A stretch of 58,612 bases of DNA, taken from assembly GCA_031459655.1 (NCBI GenBank), contig JAVKID010000004.1, positions 1-58,612 of the forward strand. Direction: 5' to 3'. Positions within the stretch are counted from its first letter, which is position 1. Every line of letters begins with the position of its first letter. The stretch comes from Candidatus Fervidifonticultor octavus. Lineage in GTDB: Bacteria > Sysuimicrobiota > Sysuimicrobiia > Sysuimicrobiales > Humicultoraceae. Below the pieces are notes generated by a model that saw only the letters and a program-made list of their open reading frames with translations, did not search any database and was not told where the DNA came from. This document shows, piece after piece, positions 27,632-37,587 of the stretch. Both the position numbers and the translations under genes were made by a program.

Positions 27632-28374
27632 GCCCCCGCTCCCAGGTAGATCTGCCGGACCGTGGGGTCGCGGCGGACCGCCTCGGGCGTGCCCGAGGCC
27701 ACGACCTGGCCCTGGTGCAGCACCACGATGTGCTCGCAGACCCCGAAGACCACCGTCATGTCGTGTTCGATGAGGAGGATGGTGATCTCGCGGGGGAGGC
27801 CCCGGATGACCCGCAGCACCGCCTGGGTCTCAGCCGGCGAGAGACCGGCCGTCGGCTCATCCAGCAGCAGGATCCGGGGCCGGGCAGCCAGCGCGAGACC
27901 GAGTTCCAGTTGGCGCTGCTCGCCGTAGGAGAGGCTTCCCACCGGGACATCCCGCGTGTCCCAGAGGCCCAGGGGGCCCAGCAGACCTTCCGCCCGATCA
28001 TAGAGGTGGGGAAAGCTGCGCATCGGCCGCAGCAGGGCGTACCGCGTCCGCTCCAGCGCCTGCACCGCCAGGAGCATGTTCTCAAGCACCGTCAGATGCG
28101 GGAACAGGTTGGTAAGTTGGTAGGTCCGTCCCAGGCCCAGGGCGGTGCGCCGGTGGGGCGGGAGGCGGGTGATGTCCCGCTCCAGCGCGAAGATCCGGCC
28201 GCCGGTGGGCATCAACTCGCCGCTGATCAGGTTGAACAGGGTGGTCTTGCCGGCGCCGTTGGGCCCGATGATGGCCAATCGGGCGCCGGCCTCCACGTCC
28301 AGCGACACGCGGCTGACCGCCTGCAGGCCGCCGAACGCCCGTGAGACCTGCCGGAGGCGGAGGACGGCGCTCAT
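27628..28374 (-). CDS. livG: Branched-chain amino acid-type ABC transporter ATP-binding protein
   Basis: FGGLQAV, GPNGAGKTT, LSYGEQR, DEPTAG, IEHDM, YLG. Confidence 0.92.
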   Translation of the reverse strand: MSAVLRLRQVSRAFGGLQAVSRVSLDVEAGARLAIIGPNGAGKTTLFNLISGELMPTGGRIFALERDITRLPPHRRTALGLGRTYQLTNLFPHLTVLENMLLAVQALERTRYALLRPMRSFPHLYDRAEGLLGPLGLWDTRDVPVGSLSYGEQRQLELGLALAARPRILLLDEPTAGLSPAETQAVLRVIRGLPREITILLIEHDMTVVFGVCEHIVVLHQGQVVASGTPEAVRRDPTVRQIYLGAGA

Positions 28375-29369
28375 CGGCCGGGCGGCAGAGGGGGAACGGC
28401 GATCCGGCTCCGCCGCCGCAGGACGCCCACGATGCCCTCGGGCGCGTAGAGGACGACCAGGATGTAGATGATCCCCAACACGGCCATCCACCGTCGGGTG
28501 AACGTGCTCAGGAGGTTTTGGAGGAGCACGAGCACACCGGCGCCCAACACCGGCCCCCCCACGGTGCCGCTGCCGCCGAGGATCACCATCAGCACGGTCT
28601 GGGCGGAGATGGACACGTGCAGGTCCTGCGGGCCCACGAAGCCGTTGTAGAAGACGTGGAGGACCCCCGCCACCCCGGCGAACACCCCGGAGATGACGAA
28701 GGCCGCATACTTGTACCCCCACACGGGATACCCCAGCGTGCGCATGCGGGCTTCGCCTTCCCGGATACCCCGCAGCGCGTAGCCAAACGGCGAGTCGGTG
28801 ATCCGCACCAGCAGGGCGAACGCGACGGCCGTGACGAGCAGCGTGAACAGATAGTACCCGCGCACATCGGCCAGCGGCCACCCGATCACCAGCGGCGGGC
28901 GCATCACGCCGGGCAGACCGTTGTCGCCTCCGGTCACCGACACCCACCGGTAGGCCAGGCCCCAGGTCACCTGGCCGAGCGCCATGGTGATGAGCAGGAA
29001 GTAGACCCCCCGCGACCAGGTGGCCAGCGCCCCGAACAGCGCGGCCAGCCCGCCGGCGACCGCCAGCGCCCCGAGCGCGGCCTGCCCGAAACTGCCGCCG
29101 TAGCGCAGCGAGATGACCGCCGCGGCATAGGCCGCGGAGCCGAAGTAGGCCGCGTGCCCGAAGCTCGTCAGCCCGGCATACCCCATGAGCAGGTTCAGAC
29201 TCATCGCCAGGAGGGCGAAGATCAACGCGAGGACCGCCAGGTGCACGTAGTACGAGGGTGCCCACGCGAGGACCACGGCGGCTGCGCCCAGGGCCGCCCA
29301 CGGCGCCACCCGGCCCATCCGCCCGAGGGATCCGGACGTCAGCCGCCGGTCGGACCTCCTAGCGCCCAC
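28371..29369 (-). CDS. livM: Branched-chain amino acid-type ABC transporter permease (start uncertain)
   Basis: GLTSFGHAAYFG, TGGDNG, SPFG...IRE, ILGGSG. Confidence 0.88.
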   Translation of the reverse strand: MGARRSDRRLTSGSLGRMGRVAPWAALGAAAVVLAWAPSYYVHLAVLALIFALLAMSLNLLMGYAGLTSFGHAAYFGSAAYAAAVISLRYGGSFGQAALGALAVAGGLAALFGALATWSRGVYFLLITMALGQVTWGLAYRWVSVTGGDNGLPGVMRPPLVIGWPLADVRGYYLFTLLVTAVAFALLVRITDSPFGYALRGIREGEARMRTLGYPVWGYKYAAFVISGVFAGVAGVLHVFYNGFVGPQDLHVSISAQTVLMVILGGSGTVGGPVLGAGVLVLLQNLLSTFTRRWMAVLGIIYILVVLYAPEGIVGVLRRRSRIAVPPLPPGR

Positions 29370-30183
29370 AGTACTGGCACGGTGGGTAGTCCCGAGAGTA
29401 GACCGGCGCCCGCAGGAACTCGTCCGGGTTGTACTGCCAGAACTGGGAGACGTTGGGGTACGTGTGGATCACGGTGTTCTGCAGCCGTCCGCCGACCCGG
29501 TCCACGCGGCGGATGTAGATGTTCTGCACGATGTTCCCGTGGGCGTCCAGGCGCACCGGGCCGCGCGGGGTGTCAGCCACGACCAGGGCCTGCATCGCCC
29601 GCATGAACGCCGGCTTGTCGGCCAGTTGCCCGCCCACCCGCAGGAAGGCCCGGTCGATCCACAGCGCCGCCGTGTACCCGGCTTCGGAGTAGGCATTCGG
29701 CGTCCTGGCGTACTTGGCCTGATAGCGGTCGACAAACGCCCTGTTCCACTGGTTGTCGAGGACGGCGCTATAGTGCAACGCGGTGATCATCCCCACCGCT
29801 TCCTCACCCATCTGGGGGAGGTTGAGCTCATCGGTCATGTGCCCGGGCCCGACGATGGCAAACCGCGCCTTGAGCCCGAAGTCCGCATACTGCCTGAGGA
29901 ATCGCAGCGCGATGGGGCCGACCACCGCCGCCACGACCGCCTCCACATCGGCAGGGATGCGCGCCAGGTACGGGCTGAAGTCGGCGGTGCCGATGGGCGA
30001 CCAGATCTTGGCGACCACACGGCCCCCCGACTCCTCAAACGCCCGCTGGAACCCGCCCACCCACTCGTGCCCGAAGGCAAAGTCGTCGGCGATCGTGGCC
30101 ACCCGGCGGTACCCGAGCTGGCGCGCCACGTAGACGCCGAAGGGGTGCGCCGTCTGGCTGGACGCCCCCCAGCCCGTGCGGAC
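29359..30183 (-). pseudogene. LivK-type (aromatic-acid-like) substrate-binding protein, 5'-truncated
   Basis: The frame reads VRTGWGASSQTAHPFG...DFAFGHE...TADFSPY. Signal peptide and N-terminal third are absent, and homology stops near 30183. Confidence 0.8.
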
Positions 30184-30694
30184 GGAGAACCGCGCCCGCG
30201 TCGAGGAGCTCTTCCGCAGCTACCTCCCGGACGTCACCATCAAGGCCGGGGCCGCCGAGGCGATCGACGGGCTGGCGGCGGGAGGATACCACCTGGGCGT
30301 GATCTCCAACGCCGCCCACGGGCCGTTCATCTCCTGGGCGCTGGCCGATGGGGGGTTGCTCGCCCGGTTCGACCGGATTGTGGTGTCGGCGGACGTGGGG
30401 ATCCGCAAGCCGTGGCCGCAGATCTTCCACGCGGCGCTGGGCCCGATGGGGCTGGCTCCGGCCGAAGGGCTCTACGTCGGCAACGACTACATCCGGGACG
30501 TCATGGGCGCGAAGCTGGCGGGGCTGCGCGCTATCTGGATTCCCGCCTCGGGCGACCGGGACTACCGGGCGTATACGCGGGTACACCCCGATGCCGTCTC
30601 CGACCGGCTCGAACAGCTCCCCGATCTGGTGAAGAGCCTCGACCGGCTCGAACGCGCGGAAGAGATCTCGCCGGCGGATGGAGGCCGGCGATGA
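30184..30694 (+). pseudogene. HAD-superfamily hydrolase, 5'-truncated
   Basis: Motif II (ISN), motif III (RKP) and motif IV (VGND...D...GAK.AG) are present. The N-terminal DxD motif I is missing. Confidence 0.75.
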
Positions 30695-33015
30695 CCGCTC
30701 CGGCCTCGCCAGCCGAGGGGCTGGGCCGGTTCCTCCGGGGTGCGGGGGTCTTTGTGGACGACATCCGCCTCCCGGGCATGCTGCACCTGGCGTTCGTCCG
30801 CAGCCCGCACGCCCACGCGCGGATCGCGGGGTTCGACGGGCGGGCGGCCCTGGCGACGCGGGGGGTCGTCGCGGTCCTGGCAGCCCAGGACCTGGGCTCG
30901 TTCAACACGCCGATCCCGGTGCGCTTCCAGCATCCCGGCCTACGGCACGCCCGCATGCCGGCCCCCCTGGCGCACGGCGTCACCCGCCATGTGGGAGAGC
31001 CCGTCTGCGCAGTGCTTGCGGACTCTGGCTACCTGGCCGCCGACGCGGCCGACCTGGTCCAGGTCCACTACGAACCGCTGCCCGCGGCGGCCACCGTCGA
31101 GCAGGCCCGAGCGGGGAGCCCGCTGGTCCACGAGGACGCCGGGGAGAACGTGGCCGGGACCTACACGTGGCGCGTCGGCGACCCCACCAGGGCACTGGAG
31201 GAGGCACCGGTCAGGCTGCGGTGCCGGCTGACGATCACCCGCGGGGTCGCCAACCCCATTGAACCCCGGGGCTGCGTGGCCGCCTACGACGCCCATGACG
31301 GCCGGCTGACGCTGTGGGCGTCCACCCAGAGCCCTCACTACCTCAAGAAGATGACGGCGCAGACCCTCGGTCTGGACGAGGCCCGGGTACGGGTAATCGC
31401 TCCGGACGTCGGAGGCGCATTCGGCGTCAAGGGCGGGGCGCCGCGGGAGTACCTGCTGGCCGCCTTCGCCGCCATGCGGACGGGCCGGCCGGTGAAGTGG
31501 GCCGAGTCGCGGAGCGAACATTTTGTGGCCTGCCAGCACGACCGCGACCAGATCCACCACGTGGAAGTCGGCGCGACCCCCGACGGCCGCCTGCTGGCGC
31601 TGCGGGACCTGTTCTGGCTCGACGTGGGCGCCTATACGCTCTACGGCCACCTGCTCGGGGTGCACACCGCCGCGCACATCGTCGGTCCCTACCGACTCCC
31701 TCACCTGGAGGTCTGCCTGGAGTCGGTGTTCACCCACCGGGTCCCGACCGGTGCGTATCGGGGTGCAGGTCGCCCCCAGGGGGTCTTCGTCATCGAACGC
31801 GTGATGGATCGGGTGGCGCGGGAGGTCGGCCTGGACCCGGCGGAGGTCCGGGCGCGCAACCTGATTCCTCCTGAAGCGATGCCGTGGGATTCGGGGCTGG
31901 AGTTGTTCGACGGGCATCGGGTCCGCTACGACAGCGGCGACTATCCTCATCTGTTGCGCACCGCCCTGGATCGCTTCGACTACTCGCGCTGGCGGCGGGA
32001 ACAGCAGCGGCGTCGGCGGTCGGCCGCGGGTGAGGCCCTCCTGGGCATCGGCATCGCCTGCTACGTCGAGCAGACCGCCTCGCACGGTCACGAGGCTGTG
32101 ACCGTGCGTATGACCGGCGCGGACCGGGCCACGGTCGCCGCGGGCCCGCCCTCGCAGGGCCAGGAACACCGCGCGATGCTGGCCCGGCTGGTGGCCGGGG
32201 AACTCGGCATCCCGGTAGAACGGGTGCTCGTCACGACCGGGGACACCGCCGCCGTCATGGAGAGCTTCGGGACGTTCGGCAGCCGGGTGGCCACCCTGCT
32301 CGGGAACGCGGCCGCGCTGGCCGCCCGCCGGCTGAGCGGGACGCTGCGCCGGCATGCCGCCGACCTGCTCGGCTGTCAACCCGACCAGGTCGTCCTGACA
32401 TCCGGCAGGGCCGTCTGCCGCGACGACTTCGGCCGATCGGTCACCCACGCGGACCTCTTCGCTCGCGCCACAGCCCTCGAACAGGTCGGGCCCGCGTGGG
32501 ACGAGCTGGAGGCGACAGTGCAGTTCTCGCAGGAGGACGCCGCCTGGGCAAGCGGGGTGCACCTGGCCGTGGTGGAGATCGACCGTGACACCGGCGCCGT
32601 GCGCATCCTCCGCTACCTGGTGGTCCACGACTCCGGCCGCGTCCTCGACGAGGAGGCGGTGCGCCGGCAAGTGCTGGGAGGGTTGCTCCAGGGTCTGGGC
32701 GGCACCCTGGTGGAGCGGCTGGTCTACGACGACCTGGGGCAGCTGCTGACCTCAACCCTCGCCGACTACGGGCTGCCGCGGGCGACGCAGGTGCCGCCGG
32801 TGGAGGACCTGCGCATCGAGCACCCGTCCCCGCTGAACCCGCTGGGCCTCAAGGGGGTGGGCGAGAGCGGGTGCATGGCTCCCTATGCGGCCATCGCCGG
32901 AGCCGTGGAGGACGCGCTGGCGCCCACCGGCTACCACGTGGACGGGGTGCCGATCGTGGCCGCGCGCCTGTGGCAGTGGGTGTACGGGCCGACCGGGGAT
33001 GGAGGGCAACGATGA
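30691..33015 (+). CDS. Xanthine dehydrogenase family molybdopterin-binding large subunit (form II CoxL-like)
   Basis: RSPHAHARI, STQSPH, DVGGAFGVK, AYRGAGR, SQGQEH, KGVGESG. Confidence 0.88.
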   Translation: MTAPASPAEGLGRFLRGAGVFVDDIRLPGMLHLAFVRSPHAHARIAGFDGRAALATRGVVAVLAAQDLGSFNTPIPVRFQHPGLRHARMPAPLAHGVTRHVGEPVCAVLADSGYLAADAADLVQVHYEPLPAAATVEQARAGSPLVHEDAGENVAGTYTWRVGDPTRALEEAPVRLRCRLTITRGVANPIEPRGCVAAYDAHDGRLTLWASTQSPHYLKKMTAQTLGLDEARVRVIAPDVGGAFGVKGGAPREYLLAAFAAMRTGRPVKWAESRSEHFVACQHDRDQIHHVEVGATPDGRLLALRDLFWLDVGAYTLYGHLLGVHTAAHIVGPYRLPHLEVCLESVFTHRVPTGAYRGAGRPQGVFVIERVMDRVAREVGLDPAEVRARNLIPPEAMPWDSGLELFDGHRVRYDSGDYPHLLRTALDRFDYSRWRREQQRRRRSAAGEALLGIGIACYVEQTASHGHEAVTVRMTGADRATVAAGPPSQGQEHRAMLARLVAGELGIPVERVLVTTGDTAAVMESFGTFGSRVATLLGNAAALAARRLSGTLRRHAADLLGCQPDQVVLTSGRAVCRDDFGRSVTHADLFARATALEQVGPAWDELEATVQFSQEDAAWASGVHLAVVEIDRDTGAVRILRYLVVHDSGRVLDEEAVRRQVLGGLLQGLGGTLVERLVYDDLGQLLTSTLADYGLPRATQVPPVEDLRIEHPSPLNPLGLKGVGESGCMAPYAAIAGAVEDALAPTGYHVDGVPIVAARLWQWVYGPTGDGGQR

Positions 33016-34259
33016 GGCACGCGGAGCCCGCAGCGGGACGGCGCTGGCCCCACGGGGTGGAGGTCAAGGTGTGGCACCACTACTTTGGTAGCGAGTACGG
33101 ACCGGAGGAAGTCCAGGCCATCTTGGCGGCGCTCCAGCAGGAACATCTCACCAACGGACCGCAGACCGTTGCGTTCGAGGAGGAGTTTGCCGCGTTCTGC
33201 GGCACCCCCCACGCGGTCGCGACCTCGAACTGCACCACCGCGCTCAGACTCGCGGCGCAGCTGTGCGGTCTCGGCCCCGGCGACGAAGTCATCACGACCC
33301 CGCTGACGTTCATCGCCACCAGCCAGGCCGTCCTGGCCTGCGGGGCCACGCCGGTCTTCGCCGATGTGGACCCCCGCACGTTCAACCTGGATCCTGCCAG
33401 CGTGGCCGCCTGCATCACGCCGCGGACCCGCGCTATCTTCCTCACGCACCTGTTCGGGCAGTGCTGCGAGATGGACCCCATCGACGCCGTCGCCAGGGAG
33501 CACGGCCTGCACGTGGTGGAGGATGCGGCCAACGCCATCGGGGCGGCCTACAGGGGGCGCCGGGCGGGTTCGCTGGGAGACGTGGCCGCCTTCAGCTTCC
33601 ATTCCAGCAAGAACATGACCACCCTGGGCGAGGGCGGCATGCTGACCACGCGCCACCAGGCGTGGGCCAGCAAGGCCAGGCTGCTGCGGACCATCGGGGT
33701 CAGCTACGCCGACGGCATCGAGCGGCCAGACCCGCTGGACTACTGGCTCCCGCTGCCCTACGAGGCGGACGATCCCGACGGGTACCTGCCCAACAACTAC
33801 CGGATGCATGAGTGCCAGGCGGCGGTGGGACGCGCCCAGCTGCGGAAAGTGGAGCGGCTCAACGAGCGCCGCCGCCAGATCGCCCACCGGTACACCGAGG
33901 CGATCCGGGAGATCCCCGGCCTGACGCCACCCTACGAGCATCCCGACTGCACCCACGTGTACTACCTCTACACGGTGCTCGTGGACCCGGCGCGGGCAGG
34001 ATTCACCCGGGACGACCTGATGCGCGTGCTGTTCCGGGAGTTCGGGGTCCACACGATCACCGGGTATCCGCCGAGTTACTGGCTGCGCATCTACCGAAAG
34101 CGGGGCTACGCGCGGGGGCTGTGTCCTGCGGCAGAACGCGCCTACGCCCAGATGATCACGCTGCCCATCCACCCGCGCCTGACGGATGAGGAGATCGCCT
34201 ACGTGACCGCCAGCGTGGGCCGGGCGGCCGCGAGGCTGGCGGGGCGGCGGGGGCCATGA
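33012..34259 (+). CDS. DegT/DnrJ/EryC1/StrS family PLP-dependent aminotransferase
   Basis: GPGDEVITTPLTFIAT, VEDAA, SFHSSKNMTTLGEGG, NYRM, ITLPIHP. Confidence 0.9.
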   Translation: MRHAEPAAGRRWPHGVEVKVWHHYFGSEYGPEEVQAILAALQQEHLTNGPQTVAFEEEFAAFCGTPHAVATSNCTTALRLAAQLCGLGPGDEVITTPLTFIATSQAVLACGATPVFADVDPRTFNLDPASVAACITPRTRAIFLTHLFGQCCEMDPIDAVAREHGLHVVEDAANAIGAAYRGRRAGSLGDVAAFSFHSSKNMTTLGEGGMLTTRHQAWASKARLLRTIGVSYADGIERPDPLDYWLPLPYEADDPDGYLPNNYRMHECQAAVGRAQLRKVERLNERRRQIAHRYTEAIREIPGLTPPYEHPDCTHVYYLYTVLVDPARAGFTRDDLMRVLFREFGVHTITGYPPSYWLRIYRKRGYARGLCPAAERAYAQMITLPIHPRLTDEEIAYVTASVGRAAARLAGRRGP

Positions 34260-35022
34260 GGGTCGGGGCGACGAGGTCGCGCGCCAAGCCGTCGTTTGAC
34301 AACGGCACGCTCAGCCAGCGCGTCCGCGATCACCTGCTGCACGCCATCCTCTCCAATCGCCTGCCGCCGGGGACCCACCTGCAGGAGGAGGAGATCGCGG
34401 CGCAACTGGGGATCAGCCGCGCCCCGGTGCGCGAGGCCCTGCGGCTGCTCGCGGCGGAAGACCTGGTCACGATCGCGCCCCGCCGGGGGGCGATCGTGAC
34501 GTCGCTGTCGCCCCGAGAGTTCCTGGAGGTCTACCAGGTGCGTGAGAGTCTGGAGGGCCTGGCGATCCGTCTGGCCGTTCCCCGGTTCACGGACGCCGAC
34601 CTCTCCAGGCGCTGCGCCAGCTCCACCGCCAGATGACAGACTATGCGCGCCTGGGCGACGTGGACCGCTTCTTCCAGGCCAACGCCGCCTTCCACGCCCT
34701 GATAGTGGACGCCTCGGGCAACGAGCGGCTCCGGGCCTTCTACCGCCAGCTGGCGAACCAGATGCGCCGCTACCGGATGCGCTCGCTCGGCCTGCGGGGG
34801 GGCATGGAACGGTCGCTCGCCGAGCACGCGGCGATCCTCGACGCCATCGAGCGGAAGGACGCCGCCGCAGCCGCGCAGCTCATGGCCGAGCACATCCAGG
34901 TCCCCCAGCGCATCCTGCAGGCGGCCCCGGAGGACGAACTGGTGCAGGTCGCCGTCAGAAGAGGGTCGTCTGGGCCGGTTCGGGCTCGCGCGGCGCTCCG
35001 CCGGCCTCCTCGCCGTCCTTGA
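34256..35022 (+). pseudogene. GntR family regulator (FCD type), frameshifted near 34603
   Basis: The HTH frame (ISRAPVREAL) and the FCD frame (NAAFH...SGN...EHAAILDAI) join in one frame if an extra TC in CTCTCCAG is removed. Confidence 0.8.
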
Positions 35023-36208
35023 AGATGCTGATCTCGCCGAAGACGCCGTCGTAGCCGGGGGCGATGCTCACCCGGCCCTCCCGCACCCGGCGCAGCCCTT
35101 CGGCCACCCGCGCCGAACTGTGCCTGGCCACCTCGTCAATGGGCGCATCCAGCAGCACGGCGAACTCGCCGCCAAAGGTCCGGCACAGGTTGAAGTATTC
35201 CTCGCGCACCCCGGCGGTGCCGGGCTGCGAGCCGCGAGCCTCGGCGATGATCTCCTCCAGCGGGATCAGGTTCCGGTAGGGCACCGCGCCTTCGGGGACG
35301 AAGCCCTCTTCGCGGTCGGCCAGGGTCTCCACGCGGTGCAGCACGCCCACCGTCGGCGGTTTCCCGCAGACCGGGCACCGGCCGCCGGCGGCCTTGGTCT
35401 CCTTGGGGGTCATGCGCCGGTTGCAGGCGCGGTGGCCGTCGTAGTGGTACTTGCCCTCCTCGGGGAAGAACTCGATCGTGTAGAGGAAGCGGGCGGTGTC
35501 CTTCTCGCGCAGCACCCGCATGATCTCGAAGTAGTCCAGTGGGCAGGCGAAGACGTTGGCCTCGCGCCCCAGCTTGGCGGGCGAGTGCGCGTCCGAGTTG
35601 CTCACCAGCACGACCCGGTCGAGTTCTGAGAGGCGCCAGTTCATCGGCGGATCGCTGGACAGCCCGGTCTCCACCGCCGCGATATGCCTGAGCTGGTCGC
35701 CGAAGCACTCGGCGATGGTGTCGAACCCGGACATGCTGCCGTAGAGCGAGAACCACGGGGTCCAGGCGTGCGCGGGGATGACCATGCAGTCGGGCGAGAT
35801 CTCCATCACGTACTCGACCAGACGGTCGCTTGGCAGGGCCAGCGTCGGCCGGCCGTCAGCCAGCAGGTTGCCGAAGCGGCCCAGGACCGCGTTGATCCTG
35901 TCCGCCACCTCGAAGGACGGTGCGCAGACGATGTGGTGGATCTTGCGCAGCCGCCCCCGCGCCGTGTAGATGCAGGAGACCTCCACCGTGAGCATGAAGT
36001 GGGTGCCGCCGTGCACGTAGAGGCCCCGGTCGGTTGGCCGCAACTTGGCGCGCAGTTCCCGCAGCCAGACCGGGTGGGTGAAGTCTCCGGTCCCCAGCAG
36101 GGCGATGCCCTTGATCTTGGCCCAGCGGGCCATGTTCTCGACATCCATGTCCCGGCTGGTGGCCCGGCTGTACCGTGAGTGCAGGTGCAGGTCCGCGATG
36201 ATCCGCAT
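34955..36208 (-). CDS. Endonuclease Q-like PHP-domain protein (TIGR00375 family)
   Basis: ADLHLHSRYSRATS, GTGDFTHP, PAHAWTPW, ETGLSSD, NSDAHS, GKYHYDGHRAC...CPVC, PGYDGVFG. Confidence 0.85.
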   Translation of the reverse strand: MRIIADLHLHSRYSRATSRDMDVENMARWAKIKGIALLGTGDFTHPVWLRELRAKLRPTDRGLYVHGGTHFMLTVEVSCIYTARGRLRKIHHIVCAPSFEVADRINAVLGRFGNLLADGRPTLALPSDRLVEYVMEISPDCMVIPAHAWTPWFSLYGSMSGFDTIAECFGDQLRHIAAVETGLSSDPPMNWRLSELDRVVLVSNSDAHSPAKLGREANVFACPLDYFEIMRVLREKDTARFLYTIEFFPEEGKYHYDGHRACNRRMTPKETKAAGGRCPVCGKPPTVGVLHRVETLADREEGFVPEGAVPYRNLIPLEEIIAEARGSQPGTAGVREEYFNLCRTFGGEFAVLLDAPIDEVARHSSARVAEGLRRVREGRVSIAPGYDGVFGEISIFKDGEEAGGAPREPEPAQTTLF

Positions 36209-36225
36209 CGGGGCCGCTCCAGGGC

Positions 36226-37587
36226 CTATGGCCTCAACATCTTGTGGTCTTCTCCGGATTTGGCCACAGTATATAGCGGCGCGGCCGTCTTCGCAACCGG
36301 GGAGCCGCCGTCGCTCCAGAACGAGAGCAGGGCGGCGGCCAGGGCCGCGGCCACGGTGGGGGCGAGGCGCAGGTCCCGGAGGCCCGCCCGAAGCGCGGCG
36401 GCCAGGACCGGCCGGGCCAGGCGCGACTGGTACTGGGTGTCCCCGTGCTCTTCCACCGCCCGGCGCAGGCCCCCGTCGGTCGCCAGCGCGCGGATGACCG
36501 CGGCGACGTGCCGGTCGGAGAGGCGGTTGAGCGCCAGGCGGACGACCGAGGTGAAGCGCACCTCGCGCCCGAAGGCCGCGGTCCACTCCTCTTCGTAGGC
36601 GCGCAGCGCCGCCCGTGCGGCCGGCCCTCCGCCCAGATACCGGGCCGCCGCGCGGCCGGCGATCTCGCCGGCGACCATCGAGAAGTAGATGCCCCCGCCG
36701 CTGGTGGCCTTCACCTGGCCGGCGGCGTCGCCGACGACCAGCATGCCGTCGGTGAAGGTGGGTCGGCGCAGGCCCAGGATCGGGATGCGGCCGGCCAACT
36801 TCCGGACGATGCGGGCCCGCCGCATCCGCGGCGCCACCACGGGATGCCGGGCCATCAGCCGCTCCAGGTAGTACAGCGGGGGCCGGTCGGCCAGGCGCGG
36901 GTCCACCGCCAGGCCCAGGCGGCCGCGACCTCCCCCGATCGGCATCAGCCAGGCGAAGAACCCCGGCGCCACGTCGCGGCCGAAGTACAGGTCCGGGGCG
37001 TCGTCGGTCTCGAGGACGGCGCCCTCGACCTCGTACTGCAGGCCGTGGACCAGCGTGCGCCGGGGCCGGATGCCCAACTGAGGCGGGAGGATGGGGTTGG
37101 CGCCTTCGGCGTCGATGACCAGCGGGGCCTCGATCGCCATGCGGCCCCCCCGGCGCTCGACCTCGACGCGCAGTGTCCCGCGCCCGCGTTCGCGGGTCAC
37201 CAGGCGCGCCCGGGCCCCGGTGAGGATGTCAGCGCCCCAGGCGGATGCGCGGTCGGCGAGGAAGCGGTCGAACGGGTCGCGGTCGACGACGTAGGAGTCG
37301 ACGGACGGCCGGCGGACCCGCGCCACCGTCCCATCGGGCGCGTAGAGGGCCGCGGCGCGCAGCGCGGTCTGGACCAACGAGTGCGGCAGGTTGAAGCGTT
37401 CGAAGGCGTGCACCGAGAGCTTGCCGGTGCAGTGCGTGGGGCAGCCGACCTCCGGGTGCTCTTCGAGCACGATGGTGCGCAGGCCGAGCCGCGCGCAGGT
37501 CTGGGCCGCCGTCGTACCGGCCGGGCCGGCGCCGACGACGAGGACATCACAGGTCACACACCGCTCCTCGACCGGGTGCTGGTACAC
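36226..37587 (-). CDS. Geranylgeranyl reductase family FAD-dependent oxidoreductase (start uncertain)
   Basis: DVLVVGAGPAG, CTG, R..FD..LA, DAEG, WLMP, VGDAAGQVKATSGGGI. Confidence 0.85.
   Translation of the reverse strand: MYQHPVEERCVTCDVLVVGAGPAGTTAAQTCARLGLRTIVLEEHPEVGCPTHCTGKLSVHAFERFNLPHSLVQTALRAAALYAPDGTVARVRRPSVDSYVVDRDPFDRFLADRASAWGADILTGARARLVTRERGRGTLRVEVERRGGRMAIEAPLVIDAEGANPILPPQLGIRPRRTLVHGLQYEVEGAVLETDDAPDLYFGRDVAPGFFAWLMPIGGGRGRLGLAVDPRLADRPPLYYLERLMARHPVVAPRMRRARIVRKLAGRIPILGLRRPTFTDGMLVVGDAAGQVKATSGGGIYFSMVAGEIAGRAAARYLGGGPAARAALRAYEEEWTAAFGREVRFTSVVRLALNRLSDRHVAAVIRALATDGGLRRAVEEHGDTQYQSRLARPVLAAALRAGLRDLRLAPTVAAALAAALLSFWSDGGSPVAKTAAPLYTVAKSGEDHKMLRP
36268..36296 (-). promoter_or_regulatory. 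Sigma70-type promoter TTGCGA-17-TATACT for the EndoQ-like gene, inside the upstream CDS
   Basis: -35 at 36296-36291, -10 at 36273-36268. Confidence 0.55.

Noticed and set aside
29464-30690. Apparent 1183-aa molybdoenzyme with a long N-terminal extension
   Set aside because: The extension is antisense to the SBP and out of frame over the HAD gene. The real start is ATG 30691, with a GGAGG RBS and ATGA overlap.
30691-33015. Aerobic CO dehydrogenase (true CO oxidation)
   Set aside because: Has AYRGAGR rather than AYXCSFR, and no coxM, coxS or accessory genes are present.
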